Source: Candidatus Spongiisociaceae bacterium (lineage in GTDB: Bacteria; Actinomycetota; Acidimicrobiia; Spongiisociales; Spongiisociaceae). Taken from it: DNA of 64,000 bases. Each line of letters begins with the position of its first letter. Position 1 is the stretch's first letter. This document shows, piece by piece, positions 47,857-57,204 of this stretch. The notes beneath the pieces are model-generated. The model saw nothing but the letters and a program-made list of their open reading frames with translations, did not search any database and was not told the DNA's origin. The stretch covers positions 4,000,001 to 4,064,000 of the forward strand of contig OZ253564.1 of NCBI GenBank assembly GCA_965262915.1, written 5' to 3'. The position numbers were made by a program, and so were the translations under genes.

Positions 47857-49299
47857 ATGACCGAGCACCCCACCTCAACACCGCCAGACCAATCCGCAGC
47901 CGGCCCGGCGCCGGAGTGCGATCTGCTCGTCGAGGGCGGAATCCTCGTCACGCTCGATGACAGGCGCCGGGTGATCGAAGACGGATCGGTGGCCATCGCC
48001 GGCGAACGCATCGTAGCCTTGGGAGAGCGCAGGGACCTTCTCCACTACCGGACCAACGCCGGCAGGGTCGTCGACTGCACCGGCAAGCTGGTGATACCGG
48101 GGCTGACCGATGGGCACACCCACCTGTTCCAGTCCCTGGGGCGGGGACTCGGTGACGGGATGAGCCTCGTTCCCTGGCTGCGACACTTCATGCTCCCGTA
48201 CTCGCTCAACATGAACCGTGAGATCGCCGTGGCAGCCGTCAAGCTCGGCGCCCTGCAGGCTGCCCTGTCAGGTACCACCATGGTGGTCGACAACCACTAC
48301 GCCCCGACCGACACCGAGACGACACTGGCCGTCGCCGCGGCGGTCGAGGAGGTGGGAATCAGGGGCGCCATCGCTCGCGGGATCTTCGGGGAGATGAACC
48401 CCGGCGCCGAAATCATGGGGGTACCACCCGACTTCTTCGCGTGGACCGACGCCCAGGATCTCTCGATCACCGAGGAGTGCATGGCCGAGCGGCCGGGCGG
48501 GTCCCTGGTCGAGGTGTGGCCCTGTCCCGAGAACATCGTCTACGTCACACCCGACATCATCGAGGGTTCTGCCCAGCTCGCCGAGGCCGGAGGGGTCCGC
48601 TGGCACATGCACTGCTCGGAGGCTCACGACGAGGTCGGCTTCTTCGAGACCGTGCATTCCGATCGGCCCGTGTCCTGGCTGGCCAAACGTGGTGTCCTTA
48701 CCCATCGGACGACTCTGGCCCACGCCATATGGCTCGACCCGGACGAGGTAGCCGCCATGGGAGCGGCCGGAGCCACCGCGGTGCACAACCCGGTGTCGAA
48801 CCAGTATCTCGCATCCGGCGTCCTCCATCTGGAGCCTTTGCTCTCGGCCGGGGCCAATGTGGCCCTCGGGAGCGACGGTGTCGCGGTAGCCGGACAGGAC
48901 ATGTTCGAAGCGATGAAGGCCGGAACACTCATGCACCGCGTGGCCCACCTTGACTCGACCGCCACCACGGTCGAGCAGTTCCTCGATCTGGCTGCCCTGG
49001 GCGGCGCGACTATGACAGGCGTGGACGGTGGTGTGATCGATGTGGGCCGGGTGGCCGATCTGGTGGTTCTCGACGTGGACAAGGTGCGTCACACTCCATG
49101 GAACAGACCGGTGGCCTCGATGGTGCACTCGGGCAGGTCGGGCGACGTGGATACGGTCATCGTGGCCGGAGAGGTCATCGTGGAGAACGGCCGCTCCACC
49201 AAGGTGGACGAAGCGGAAGTGCGGGCGGCCGCAAGCGAGGCTACCAAACAGTTGTTCGGAGACGCACGGCTCACCGGTCTGACCAGGGATTGGCAGTAG
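47857..49299 (+). CDS. Amidohydrolase, COG0402 paralog 2
   Basis: PGLTDGHTH, HCSE, LAHAI, HNPVSN, LGSDG. Confidence 0.9.
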   Translation: MTEHPTSTPPDQSAAGPAPECDLLVEGGILVTLDDRRRVIEDGSVAIAGERIVALGERRDLLHYRTNAGRVVDCTGKLVIPGLTDGHTHLFQSLGRGLGDGMSLVPWLRHFMLPYSLNMNREIAVAAVKLGALQAALSGTTMVVDNHYAPTDTETTLAVAAAVEEVGIRGAIARGIFGEMNPGAEIMGVPPDFFAWTDAQDLSITEECMAERPGGSLVEVWPCPENIVYVTPDIIEGSAQLAEAGGVRWHMHCSEAHDEVGFFETVHSDRPVSWLAKRGVLTHRTTLAHAIWLDPDEVAAMGAAGATAVHNPVSNQYLASGVLHLEPLLSAGANVALGSDGVAVAGQDMFEAMKAGTLMHRVAHLDSTATTVEQFLDLAALGGATMTGVDGGVIDVGRVADLVVLDVDKVRHTPWNRPVASMVHSGRSGDVDTVIVAGEVIVENGRSTKVDEAEVRAAASEATKQLFGDARLTGLTRDWQ

Positions 49300-49460
49300 T
49301 GGTCTGTCTGCAAAACAACTTGTCGTGCCCTGCTTGCCAGCGACACTCCTCGCTACGTTCCGCCTCCTCGACGTACCCTGCGGGTACGCCTTCGTCAGCG
49401 GGCCTCGCGAGGAACACCGCTGCCGGCGCATGCCACAACGCCATTTCACAGACAAACCAC
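49299..49460. mobile_element. MITE-like element (162 bp)
   Basis: TIRs GTGGTCTGTCTG / CAGACAAACCAC, internal hairpin CGTACCC-tgc-GGGTACG; abuts a TAG stop codon. Confidence 0.65.
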
Positions 49461-49510
49461 CAGCAACCGTCGAACTGACCGACGGCGTTCGAGACAAGGA
49501 GACGAGACCG

Positions 49511-50314
49511 GTGCAGACACCCAGCGTTCGACATGGCTACACGACCGGGGCGCAAGGCAACCGCCTCCACTACCTGGACTACGGCGGCGAGGGGACGACC
49601 CTCATATGTATGCACGGCGTGATCGGCAACGCCTGGAACTGGTATGCCGTGGCATCGAGCATAAGCGATCGGCGAAGGGTGCTGGCCCTCGACTATCGCG
49701 GCTACGGCGAGAGTCAGTGGTCGCCATCTCATGACTACCGGACCTCCGACCACGTCGCCGACCTCGGTGCACTCATCGAATCACTTGGTGAGAACACCGT
49801 GGATCTGATGGGCTCCTCATGGGGCGCCCTGGTAGCCATCCAGTACGCGGCGGAGAATCCCGACCGGGTAGGACGGATCGTGGTGGTGGACGTGGAGGCG
49901 TCGTTCTCTCAAAGCGAGACCGACCTGTTCCCCCGACCCACCAGCCACGCCGACCACGCAGAGGCACGAACCGGACTCGGGTTCGCCTTCCCCAACGCCT
50001 CCGAGGAGATGCTCCAACTGACTGCGGTCACCAGCTTCGCGCCGGTCGACGGTGGACGCCTGGCTCCCAAGCACGACCCCTTCTTCTTCGAACGCTGGCC
50101 CTTCCGCTCCGACGACCACTGGGACCGGCTGGAAGGAATGGAGACCACCGCTCTGCTGGTGCACGCAGCCGACAGCTTCGTGAACGGTGACGTTATGGCG
50201 GAGATGGCCCGCCGCATGGGCAACGCCACGCTGGTCCAGGTAAGCGACACCACCCACGTAATACCGGTCGACAACCCCGATGGCCTGGTAGAGGTACTCC
50301 TACCGTTCTTGTAG
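49511..50314 (+). CDS. Alpha/beta fold hydrolase
   Basis: MHG, DYRGYGES, nucleophile elbow GSSWG, C-terminal His; AAGGAG RBS before GTG 49511. Confidence 0.88.
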   Translation: MQTPSVRHGYTTGAQGNRLHYLDYGGEGTTLICMHGVIGNAWNWYAVASSISDRRRVLALDYRGYGESQWSPSHDYRTSDHVADLGALIESLGENTVDLMGSSWGALVAIQYAAENPDRVGRIVVVDVEASFSQSETDLFPRPTSHADHAEARTGLGFAFPNASEEMLQLTAVTSFAPVDGGRLAPKHDPFFFERWPFRSDDHWDRLEGMETTALLVHAADSFVNGDVMAEMARRMGNATLVQVSDTTHVIPVDNPDGLVEVLLPFL

Positions 50315-50339
50315 TTGTTAGTTGAGATCTACCCACTGG

Positions 50340-51140
50340 CATTCTGAACAAAGAGCCCGAATCTCTGTATCGACTGGCCACCCGAACCAAGGCTGCTGCT
50401 GACATCGCCGCGAAGATCGGCGAGGCGCTGAGGCTTCGCACCTCTGCACTGCGTGTGGACATCCCTCGCCGTGGCAAGCACGAAGACGGCATCGAACTCG
50501 ACGCTCACCGCATGCGCACTCGCTTCGCGGTGGCTTTGGCGATCAGACGCTCGACGAGGGCCGTCAAGCCCGGGTAGGCGCCGTGTCGGTCGCCTTCAAC
50601 TCGCCGTTCTGGCCGTTCGTATTGGCCTCGACTTCGGTCGGTCAGGAGGGGCTGGACTTCCACCTGTGGTGCCGTGCGGTGGTGCATTGGAACCTTCCTG
50701 CCAATCCCGTTGACCTCGAGCAGCGCGAAGGTCGAGTCCATCGATACAAGTGTCACGCGGTTCGCCGTAACATCGCTGAGAAACTCGGGCCCGATCTGTT
50801 GCGAGAAGGGATCCCGGAGGGTGACCCGTGGCAGACGCTCTTCGGGCGAGCAGCATCCGAAAGGGGGCCCGACGACGGGGAGATGGTGCCGTACTGGGTG
50901 TTCCATCAGGGCCGGGCGAAGATCGATCGTCTCGTTCCTGTGCTGCCGTTCAGCATGGAGTCGGCGAGACTTCCGCAGCTGCGGAGGTCCCTGGCCGTCT
51001 ATCGCCTCGCCTTCGGCCAGCCACGCCAGGAGGAACTAGTCAAATTCTTGGGTGATCGCATCAACCCTGACCACTTGCCGCATTGGCTCTCGCAACTCCG
51101 CATCGACCTGTCTCCCCCGCTACCGGGTAAGCCTGTGTAA
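50340..51140 (+). pseudogene. C-terminal fragment of an SF2 helicase, frameshifted
   Basis: AFNSPFWPFVLASTSVGQEGLDFH and EQREGRVHR (motifs V/VI); N-terminal ATPase domain absent; frameshift near 50535. Confidence 0.8.
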
Positions 51141-51200
51141 GGAGGACCTTCGAGCAACCAACACCTGGCCTAGTCTCTGGTGTCTGGTCTTATTATATCT

Positions 51201-51239
51201 TACCAACTACCAACTACCAACTACCAACTACCAACTACC
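51201..51239. repeat. Heptamer tandem repeat (TACCAAC)x5.5
   Basis: Directly visible; a 2-copy version lies on the opposite strand at ~39074-39089. Confidence 0.92.
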
Positions 51240-51255
51240 TGCGGCAGGTCACCGA

Positions 51256-52011
51256 CTACGGGGATCGACCTTTCCGCCTCGTAGGGGACCTCGGAATGGG
51301 TAAAGATATAGGCGCGACGTCGCCGGTCTGGTAGGTCCTGGCTGGGCGCCCCCCTCCCGCGCTCGGATCGGTGCGGTCACCGGTTGAGCGTAGGTATCCG
51401 GGAGTCCTCGTGACTTTACGGTGGAAGTTGGCCGGTTCCAGACGAGCGTTCCACACCGCCTCGTAGACCCTCCGCAACTGGCTTATGGTGAACTCCGGCG
51501 GGCAGAACTGTGCCGCAAGCGTGGTGTACTCGAGCTTGGAGCGCACTCGTTCGACCGCTTCCGCGATGATCTTGTCGTGGTCGAAGGCAATCTTGAGAGC
51601 GTCGGCCTCGACCATCACCACCGGGAAGAGATCGGCGTCGGCCGCGTCCCCTCCCCCGCGCGGTTTGGGTAGGTTGGCGAGGATGGCCCAGTAGGCCACG
51701 GTGACCACCCGTATCCTGGGATCGCGCTCCGGCGTTCCATACGTACCCAGTTGTTCGAGGTACACCTGAGTGGCCTCGACTCCGGTCTCCTCTTCCAGTT
51801 CTCGCCGGGCCGCTGCGTCGAGATCTTCGTCGGGGAGCACGAAGCCGCCGGGTAGCGCCCAGTATCCCCGGTAGGGGCGTTGACCCCGCCGGACCAGGAG
51901 AACTTGGAGTTGGTCGTCGACGATGGTGAAGGTGACCACGTCGACGGTGACCGCTACCGGCGGGTACGCCCGAGGCTCGTAGTCCTTCGGAGGCCTCGTG
52001 TCACTACCCAT
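51256..52011 (-). CDS. NrtR-like Nudix / winged-helix transcriptional regulator
   Basis: WALPGGFV...AARRELEEETG Nudix box, RDPR, AFDH, FTISQLRRVYE, NFHRKV, GGRPA. Confidence 0.88.
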   Translation of the reverse strand: MGSDTRPPKDYEPRAYPPVAVTVDVVTFTIVDDQLQVLLVRRGQRPYRGYWALPGGFVLPDEDLDAAARRELEEETGVEATQVYLEQLGTYGTPERDPRIRVVTVAYWAILANLPKPRGGGDAADADLFPVVMVEADALKIAFDHDKIIAEAVERVRSKLEYTTLAAQFCPPEFTISQLRRVYEAVWNARLEPANFHRKVTRTPGYLRSTGDRTDPSAGGGRPARTYQTGDVAPISLPIPRSPTRRKGRSP

Positions 52012-52019
52012 CTTTACAA

Positions 52020-52079
52020 TGTTATCAGTTTATGTTGACAGGACAAGAACTAGACGTTATTGTCATGATGGAATAAACT
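52020..52079 (+). promoter_or_regulatory. Sigma70 promoter with overlapping palindromes (candidate NrtR boxes)
   Basis: TTGACA (52035-40), 17 bp, TATTGT (52058-63); imperfect palindromes TGTTATCA-N5-TGTTGACA and TTATTGTCATGATGGAATAA. Confidence 0.62.
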
Positions 52080-52151
52080 GGCACGGCTCGGCGTCGTAGT
52101 AGATGCGGAGCCGTGTGCGCACCCGAAACACCCCTAACCAAAGGAGAGACA

Positions 52152-53762
52152 TTGACTGACGCGACCGTTACCGAGCCGACCAAGCTCTGGTTCCTTCTAG
52201 ACCGTTCAGGATCGATGAGCAGCCTCACCGAGGATGTGATCGGAGGATTCAACGCGTTCATCGCGGAACAGGCGCAGGAACCCGGAAGCGTGCATCTCAC
52301 CCTCGTACAGTTCGACAGCCAGGCCCCGTTCGAAATCATCCACAATGCAGCGCGAATCGAAGAGGTTCCGCAACTCACCACCGACGTCTACCGCCCACGA
52401 GGGGGCACACCTCTACTGGACGCCATCGGTGACATCATCGAACACGCCGACCGCCGTATCGAAACCCGATCCCGGGACCATCGACCGGCGGAGGACCAGT
52501 TGGTGGTGATCTTCAGCGACGGGTTGGAGAACGCCTCCCGCCGCTTCGACCGGGCAAGGGTGGCGGAGTTGATCAGCAAGCGCCAGGAAGCCGGTTGGGA
52601 GTTCGTGTTCATGGGCGCCAACCAGGACAGCTACCTCGAAGCGGGAAAGATCGGAGTCTCCGAGGAGAGCATCTCCAACTTCGGCGCCACCGCAACGGGC
52701 ACTGCCGCGGCGTTCCAGTCGATCTCGCGAGCCACCAGGGAGTATCGCGGAAAGACCAGGATCGAACGGACGAGAGATTCCGGACGGTTCTATGGCGGAA
52801 CTCGCGAGGCGGAGGCCGAGATGGGCAAGCGAGGAGGACGAGCCAGGGTCCCGAAGCAGCGCCAGGGTATCCCCAACCTGGAGCGGGCGGCGGCTGGCCG
52901 ACCCATTACCCGTCTGGGGATCTCCCTGTTCCCTGTCTACCTACCTGGGAACGACCTCCCGGAGATCGCTACTGGACGGGGCTCGGGCCTGGTCATCGAG
53001 GAACTACCTGCTTCGACGGTTCCGTTCCTCGGGGTGACGAACGCAACCACCCGGGCGGTTCTGATCCCGGAGGGAGAACAACTCATCGGGGGTCTCCAGG
53101 ACCGGGTGCTGAACACAACCGTCCTGGTGGCTCCTTCCACCCACTTGGACATACCCGTGTCCTGTCTCGAGCAGGGACGATGGGGCAATCGCCGTGCTTT
53201 CGAGCATGGCCGCGCTTACGCGCCGAGACGAACCCGGCGGGCGAAGAACGCGTCGGTATCCGATGCGGTCCGTAGGGACGGATCCCGTCGGAGCGACCAA
53301 GCGGCTGTCTGGAACAGCATCGACCGGGAACTGGCCCGAAGAGGGGTCAACTCCCCGACCCGAGCCGTACGGGACGCCGATCAGTTCCTGCGCCATGACC
53401 GGAGACGGGCCGATACGATCGAACGTCTGGTGAGTCGAGGTCCGCTGCCCGGCCAGTCCGGCGTGGTGGTCACGCACGGTAGGCGGGTGGTGGCGGTCGA
53501 CGTGTTCGGCAACCACGACCTGCTGGTCCCCCACTGGGAAGGTTTGATCCGCTCCTATCTCGCGGAGCGACCGACCTCGAACGGATATCCCTCTGCTACC
53601 CGGGCGTTGAGCGTGATCAGCCGCCTCGGTAAGGCACCGGCGGTCGAGAATCCGGGGCTCGGACTCGGCGTCGACGTCCACGTGAACGAGGGACGAATTG
53701 TGGGTCAAGCACTGACGCTCGGTGCAGCTGTCGTTCACGCATCAGCCTTCATGGTTGGTTAG
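52152..53762 (+). CDS. vWA domain fused to an ARPP-1 (DUF6569)-like domain
   Basis: MIDAS DRSGSM, TPLLDAIG, SDGLENAS, FMGANQD; C-terminal GEQLIGGLQDRVLN...PVSCLEQGRW...SDQAAVW; AAGGAG RBS before TTG 52152. Confidence 0.82.
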   Translation: MTDATVTEPTKLWFLLDRSGSMSSLTEDVIGGFNAFIAEQAQEPGSVHLTLVQFDSQAPFEIIHNAARIEEVPQLTTDVYRPRGGTPLLDAIGDIIEHADRRIETRSRDHRPAEDQLVVIFSDGLENASRRFDRARVAELISKRQEAGWEFVFMGANQDSYLEAGKIGVSEESISNFGATATGTAAAFQSISRATREYRGKTRIERTRDSGRFYGGTREAEAEMGKRGGRARVPKQRQGIPNLERAAAGRPITRLGISLFPVYLPGNDLPEIATGRGSGLVIEELPASTVPFLGVTNATTRAVLIPEGEQLIGGLQDRVLNTTVLVAPSTHLDIPVSCLEQGRWGNRRAFEHGRAYAPRRTRRAKNASVSDAVRRDGSRRSDQAAVWNSIDRELARRGVNSPTRAVRDADQFLRHDRRRADTIERLVSRGPLPGQSGVVVTHGRRVVAVDVFGNHDLLVPHWEGLIRSYLAERPTSNGYPSATRALSVISRLGKAPAVENPGLGLGVDVHVNEGRIVGQALTLGAAVVHASAFMVG

Positions 53763-53812
53763 GAAGACACGACGACCGCACATCGATCGGTCTCGGCTCC
53801 GGCCGGGGCCGA

Positions 53813-54409
53813 TCAGAAGGAAGGCGGGGAGGTGACCACGAGGAACCTGCACCCGGCCCGACCGGTCGCCCTCATGGTGTGGGGGATCGTGGCCGGGTAG
53901 GCGTATACGTCCCCACGGGCCAACTCCACAGGATCTGAGCCTTCCAGTTCCACCCGGAGACGGCCCTCCAAGATGTAGATGACCTCCTCGCCTTCGTGGC
54001 CGGCGTTGACCGTACCGGCGCCCGGGACGAAGGTGACCTCGTTCGGTTCCATGAGGTGGGCGTCGCCACGAGTGAGGAACCGCACCGATCCGCCCTCGGT
54101 CAGCTCGTAGGAGTCGCCCTCGCTGTCCCGCACGAGGCTGACCTCCAGCCTCTCCCGGGGTTGGAGCAGGCTGTGGGCAGTGGTCTCGAGAGCCTGGGCG
54201 ACGTTGTGGAGAGCCATCAGGCTCGGCATGGCCTTGCCGTTCTCGAGCTGGCTCAGGAACGGCTGCGACAGGCCACAGCGCTTGGCCAACTGCTGCAACG
54301 TCAGACCCTGTGCCTTGCGGAGTCTCCTGAGCGCTGCCCCCAGAGTCGCCGCCACCGCCTCCCCGTCAACCGATCGGGTTTCCTTACCGGCCTGGGCGCC
54401 ATCAGTCAT
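53813..54409 (-). CDS. XRE-family HTH plus cupin transcriptional regulator
   Basis: LTLQQLA...LSQLENG; HEGEE...PH cupin. Confidence 0.9.
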   Translation of the reverse strand: MTDGAQAGKETRSVDGEAVAATLGAALRRLRKAQGLTLQQLAKRCGLSQPFLSQLENGKAMPSLMALHNVAQALETTAHSLLQPRERLEVSLVRDSEGDSYELTEGGSVRFLTRGDAHLMEPNEVTFVPGAGTVNAGHEGEEVIYILEGRLRVELEGSDPVELARGDVYAYPATIPHTMRATGRAGCRFLVVTSPPSF

Positions 54410-54533
54410 GGCGTGATGGTACCGCCCGCCCGCCCGGCCGGTCGGGAGTCCAACGGGATCGACCGGCTCCGGCTGATCGAGACGTCTCCTACCGCCGTTC
54501 CTCTAGCGGGTTCGACCGTCGCTCACCTGCTTG

Positions 54534-55919
54534 CTAGGCGAGCCCGATCCGTGCGATGAGTCCCCGGGCGCGGCCTCGAGCCTCGGAGATCACCTCGTCC
54601 TGATCGACCTGTGTACACTGTCCCTCCTCGACGATGACCTGCCCGCCGACGATGTTCATGGTCACATCGCTTCCCCGGGCCGCGTAGACCAAGGCGGTGC
54701 GGGGATCGTGAACGGGGGTCAGATGGGCACGGCTCGTGTCCAGCACGATCACGTCTGCCAGCGCCCCGGGAGCCAAGCGACCGGCATCGATACCGAGAGC
54801 CGCCGCTCCACCCGTGGTGGCGATGCGTAGCGCCTCCGCGGCGGACGACGCCCCCGGGTCGAGTTCCGCCAAGCGGTGCATGAGAACCAGCATCTTCATG
54901 TTCTCGAAGAGATCCTGGCGGTGCCCGCAGGTAGAGCCGTCGGTGCCGAGCGCCACCGTCGCTCCGGCGTCGAGCAGCCGGCGCATCGGCATGACCCCGT
55001 ATGGCACGTACTGGTTGGACATCGGACAGTGCACCACCGCGGTGCGAGTGGAGCCGATGGCCTCGATCTCCTCGTCGTTCACCCAAGTGGCGTGGGCCAG
55101 CACCGCGTCGGGACCCAGCAGCCCTTCTCGGTGCAGCCACATGCCCGGACGGAGCCCGTAGGTCTCCCGATACACGTCGGGATCGCTCTTGGGTGCGCTG
55201 AGGTGGGTGTGCCAACCCGTCCCGTGCGACCGCGCCAAGCTCACGGCGGATGCCAGGAGGTTCTGGTCGGTGTAGACGGTATTGATCGGACCGGGCCACA
55301 CCGCTACTCGAGACCCGGGTGGCCGAGCCTTGATGCAAGCCTCGGTGATGCCCAACTCTTCGTCGTCGGTGAGCGGAAAAGCCTTTCTCGGCAATCCCTG
55401 GCGCTCGGCCAGCGCGGTGTAGCCACCGGCCACACCCCGAGCCACCACCCCCCTCAGCCCCACCTCCTCGATCGCGCTCGCCACCGCCAGCGTGGTGTCG
55501 TAGTCCGTGCGACCGTAGTGATGATCGAGCAGGCTGGTGGTCCCCGCCAACGCTGCCTCGACCGCACCCAGGTATACGGCGGCCTTCGTTTCCTCTGGTG
55601 TGATCTCCGCTGCGTAAGGCCACATGAACCTGCTCAGCCACTCCCAACCAGGCAAGCCTTCGCCGAGTGTGCGACCCAGCGCTTGGAAAAGGTGGTTGTG
55701 GCAATCGACCAGCCCCGGCATCACCAACCGACCACGGTACGAGATCACCCGCTCGGCCTGGTACCCGGAAATCTCGTACCCTTCTCCGACGGCCACGATC
55801 CGGTCCCCCACGATCGCCACGAACCCGCCCTCGACAACCGGCCGTTCCGGATCAAGGGTGACAACAGTACCCCCCTCGAGAATAAGGTCGCACCCAACCG
55901 GTTGCTCGTCGGCCGTCAT
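54534..55919 (-). CDS. Amidohydrolase, COG0402 paralog 3
   Basis: PGLVDCHNH, LAHAT, HCPMSN, LGTDG; AAGGAG RBS before ATG 55919. Confidence 0.9.
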   Translation of the reverse strand: MTADEQPVGCDLILEGGTVVTLDPERPVVEGGFVAIVGDRIVAVGEGYEISGYQAERVISYRGRLVMPGLVDCHNHLFQALGRTLGEGLPGWEWLSRFMWPYAAEITPEETKAAVYLGAVEAALAGTTSLLDHHYGRTDYDTTLAVASAIEEVGLRGVVARGVAGGYTALAERQGLPRKAFPLTDDEELGITEACIKARPPGSRVAVWPGPINTVYTDQNLLASAVSLARSHGTGWHTHLSAPKSDPDVYRETYGLRPGMWLHREGLLGPDAVLAHATWVNDEEIEAIGSTRTAVVHCPMSNQYVPYGVMPMRRLLDAGATVALGTDGSTCGHRQDLFENMKMLVLMHRLAELDPGASSAAEALRIATTGGAAALGIDAGRLAPGALADVIVLDTSRAHLTPVHDPRTALVYAARGSDVTMNIVGGQVIVEEGQCTQVDQDEVISEARGRARGLIARIGLA

Positions 55920-55993
55920 GCAGGCTCCTTCGCTCATCCGCATTCCTAGGGGGGAACAATCGTAAAGAGAGCCGTAGCTCACCCGTTCCGGTA

Positions 55994-56986
55994 TTAAAGG
56001 AGAGATCTCCCGAGGCGGTCTTCGATATGCCCGACGCTCCACCGGATGTCATCCGCGGCCAGCACGTCCGGGTCGAACCGTCCAGCGGTGTAGGTAGCGA
56101 CCGAACAAGCGATACGGGCCATGTCCCGAACCACCTCCCGGGTGGGCTGAACATACCGTGCTCCCGTCCGGTACCGGGACTGTTCGTGCCACGTGCTTAT
56201 GGCGGCGGCGCCCAGCGGATCCAGCAGTTGAGGTACCACGCTGCGGTGGGGTTCCACCAGCTGCTCGCACAGCCTGGCGATGTCGTGTCCCCATGCCGAG
56301 CCTCGGGGAGCGGAATCGAGATGTATCAGAGACTTCAATGAAGCTTCTACCGTCCTGTGAGCCTCTCCGCACGCTCGCCGGAGCCTGACCTCGGACAGGT
56401 TGAACGCCCGGTCCGCGTTGCCCGCACGCAGTTCCAATCGTTCCAGCGAGGAAGGCTCGAGGTGACCGAGCAAAGTCACCAACGCTTCGTTCGTTTCGGC
56501 CAGTCGCTCAACGGCTTCCGCGTGATCGCTGGTGGGCACCACCATCTCCTTACCCCAGTTCACGTCTGCGGCAGCCCTCCGGTCAACCAGAACCACCCCG
56601 TTCCTAGCCGCCCGACTCTCGACCGACGTTGTTACCTGCTCGGTCCGGATCTTCCACTCGGGCCTGTCGGTGACGATCACATCGACTGGGTGGCCGGCCG
56701 CCGCCCTCGCCAGCGCCGACAACTCGTCCTGCGATTGGTCACGTCTTCGGTAGTCCAGATCGTCGTAGATCGCCACCAAGTCGATATCGCTACAGATGGT
56801 AGCCTTACCGCGCGCAACCGAACCGAACAATACCACCCGACCCACGCCGGCATCAGCTAACGCTGCTGCCGCCCTCTCGGCATCAGCCCGGCACGGAACC
56901 GATGCCACCACCTCAGCTCTCACCTCCGCCACAACCAGCACTTCCCACTCAGGTGTCCGCCCCATACCTACCCGCGTACTCCCCAC
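55994..56986 (-). CDS. Fused minimal nucleotidyltransferase (MNT) - HEPN protein
   Basis: LFGSVARG...SDIDL; C-terminal EASLKSLI...GHDIARL...SRY; true start probably ~56930. Confidence 0.82.
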   Translation of the reverse strand: MGSTRVGMGRTPEWEVLVVAEVRAEVVASVPCRADAERAAAALADAGVGRVVLFGSVARGKATICSDIDLVAIYDDLDYRRRDQSQDELSALARAAAGHPVDVIVTDRPEWKIRTEQVTTSVESRAARNGVVLVDRRAAADVNWGKEMVVPTSDHAEAVERLAETNEALVTLLGHLEPSSLERLELRAGNADRAFNLSEVRLRRACGEAHRTVEASLKSLIHLDSAPRGSAWGHDIARLCEQLVEPHRSVVPQLLDPLGAAAISTWHEQSRYRTGARYVQPTREVVRDMARIACSVATYTAGRFDPDVLAADDIRWSVGHIEDRLGRSLL

Positions 56987-57189
56987 AATGCCACGGCAAT
57001 CCCCACCGCCGTATGTCCGAGCATCATACGTTTGGCGTCAGACTATCCGCTACCGCGACCGCCCGCGGAGGGTTCTGACCGACGCTCGTTTCGGGAGACG
57101 CCCCGACCGCAGACCTGACCGATGATCGTAGACACCGGTTCCGGGCTAAGAAAGGAGGGGGTATGTGAGGCAAAAGGTTCTTGTCAATC

Positions 57190-57198
57190 TGATACAAT
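57190..57198 (+). promoter_or_regulatory. Extended -10 promoter (TGnTACAAT), probably leaderless transcript
   Basis: TGATACAAT ends 6 nt before ATG 57205. Confidence 0.5.
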
Positions 57199-57204
57199 AA
57201 GAGG

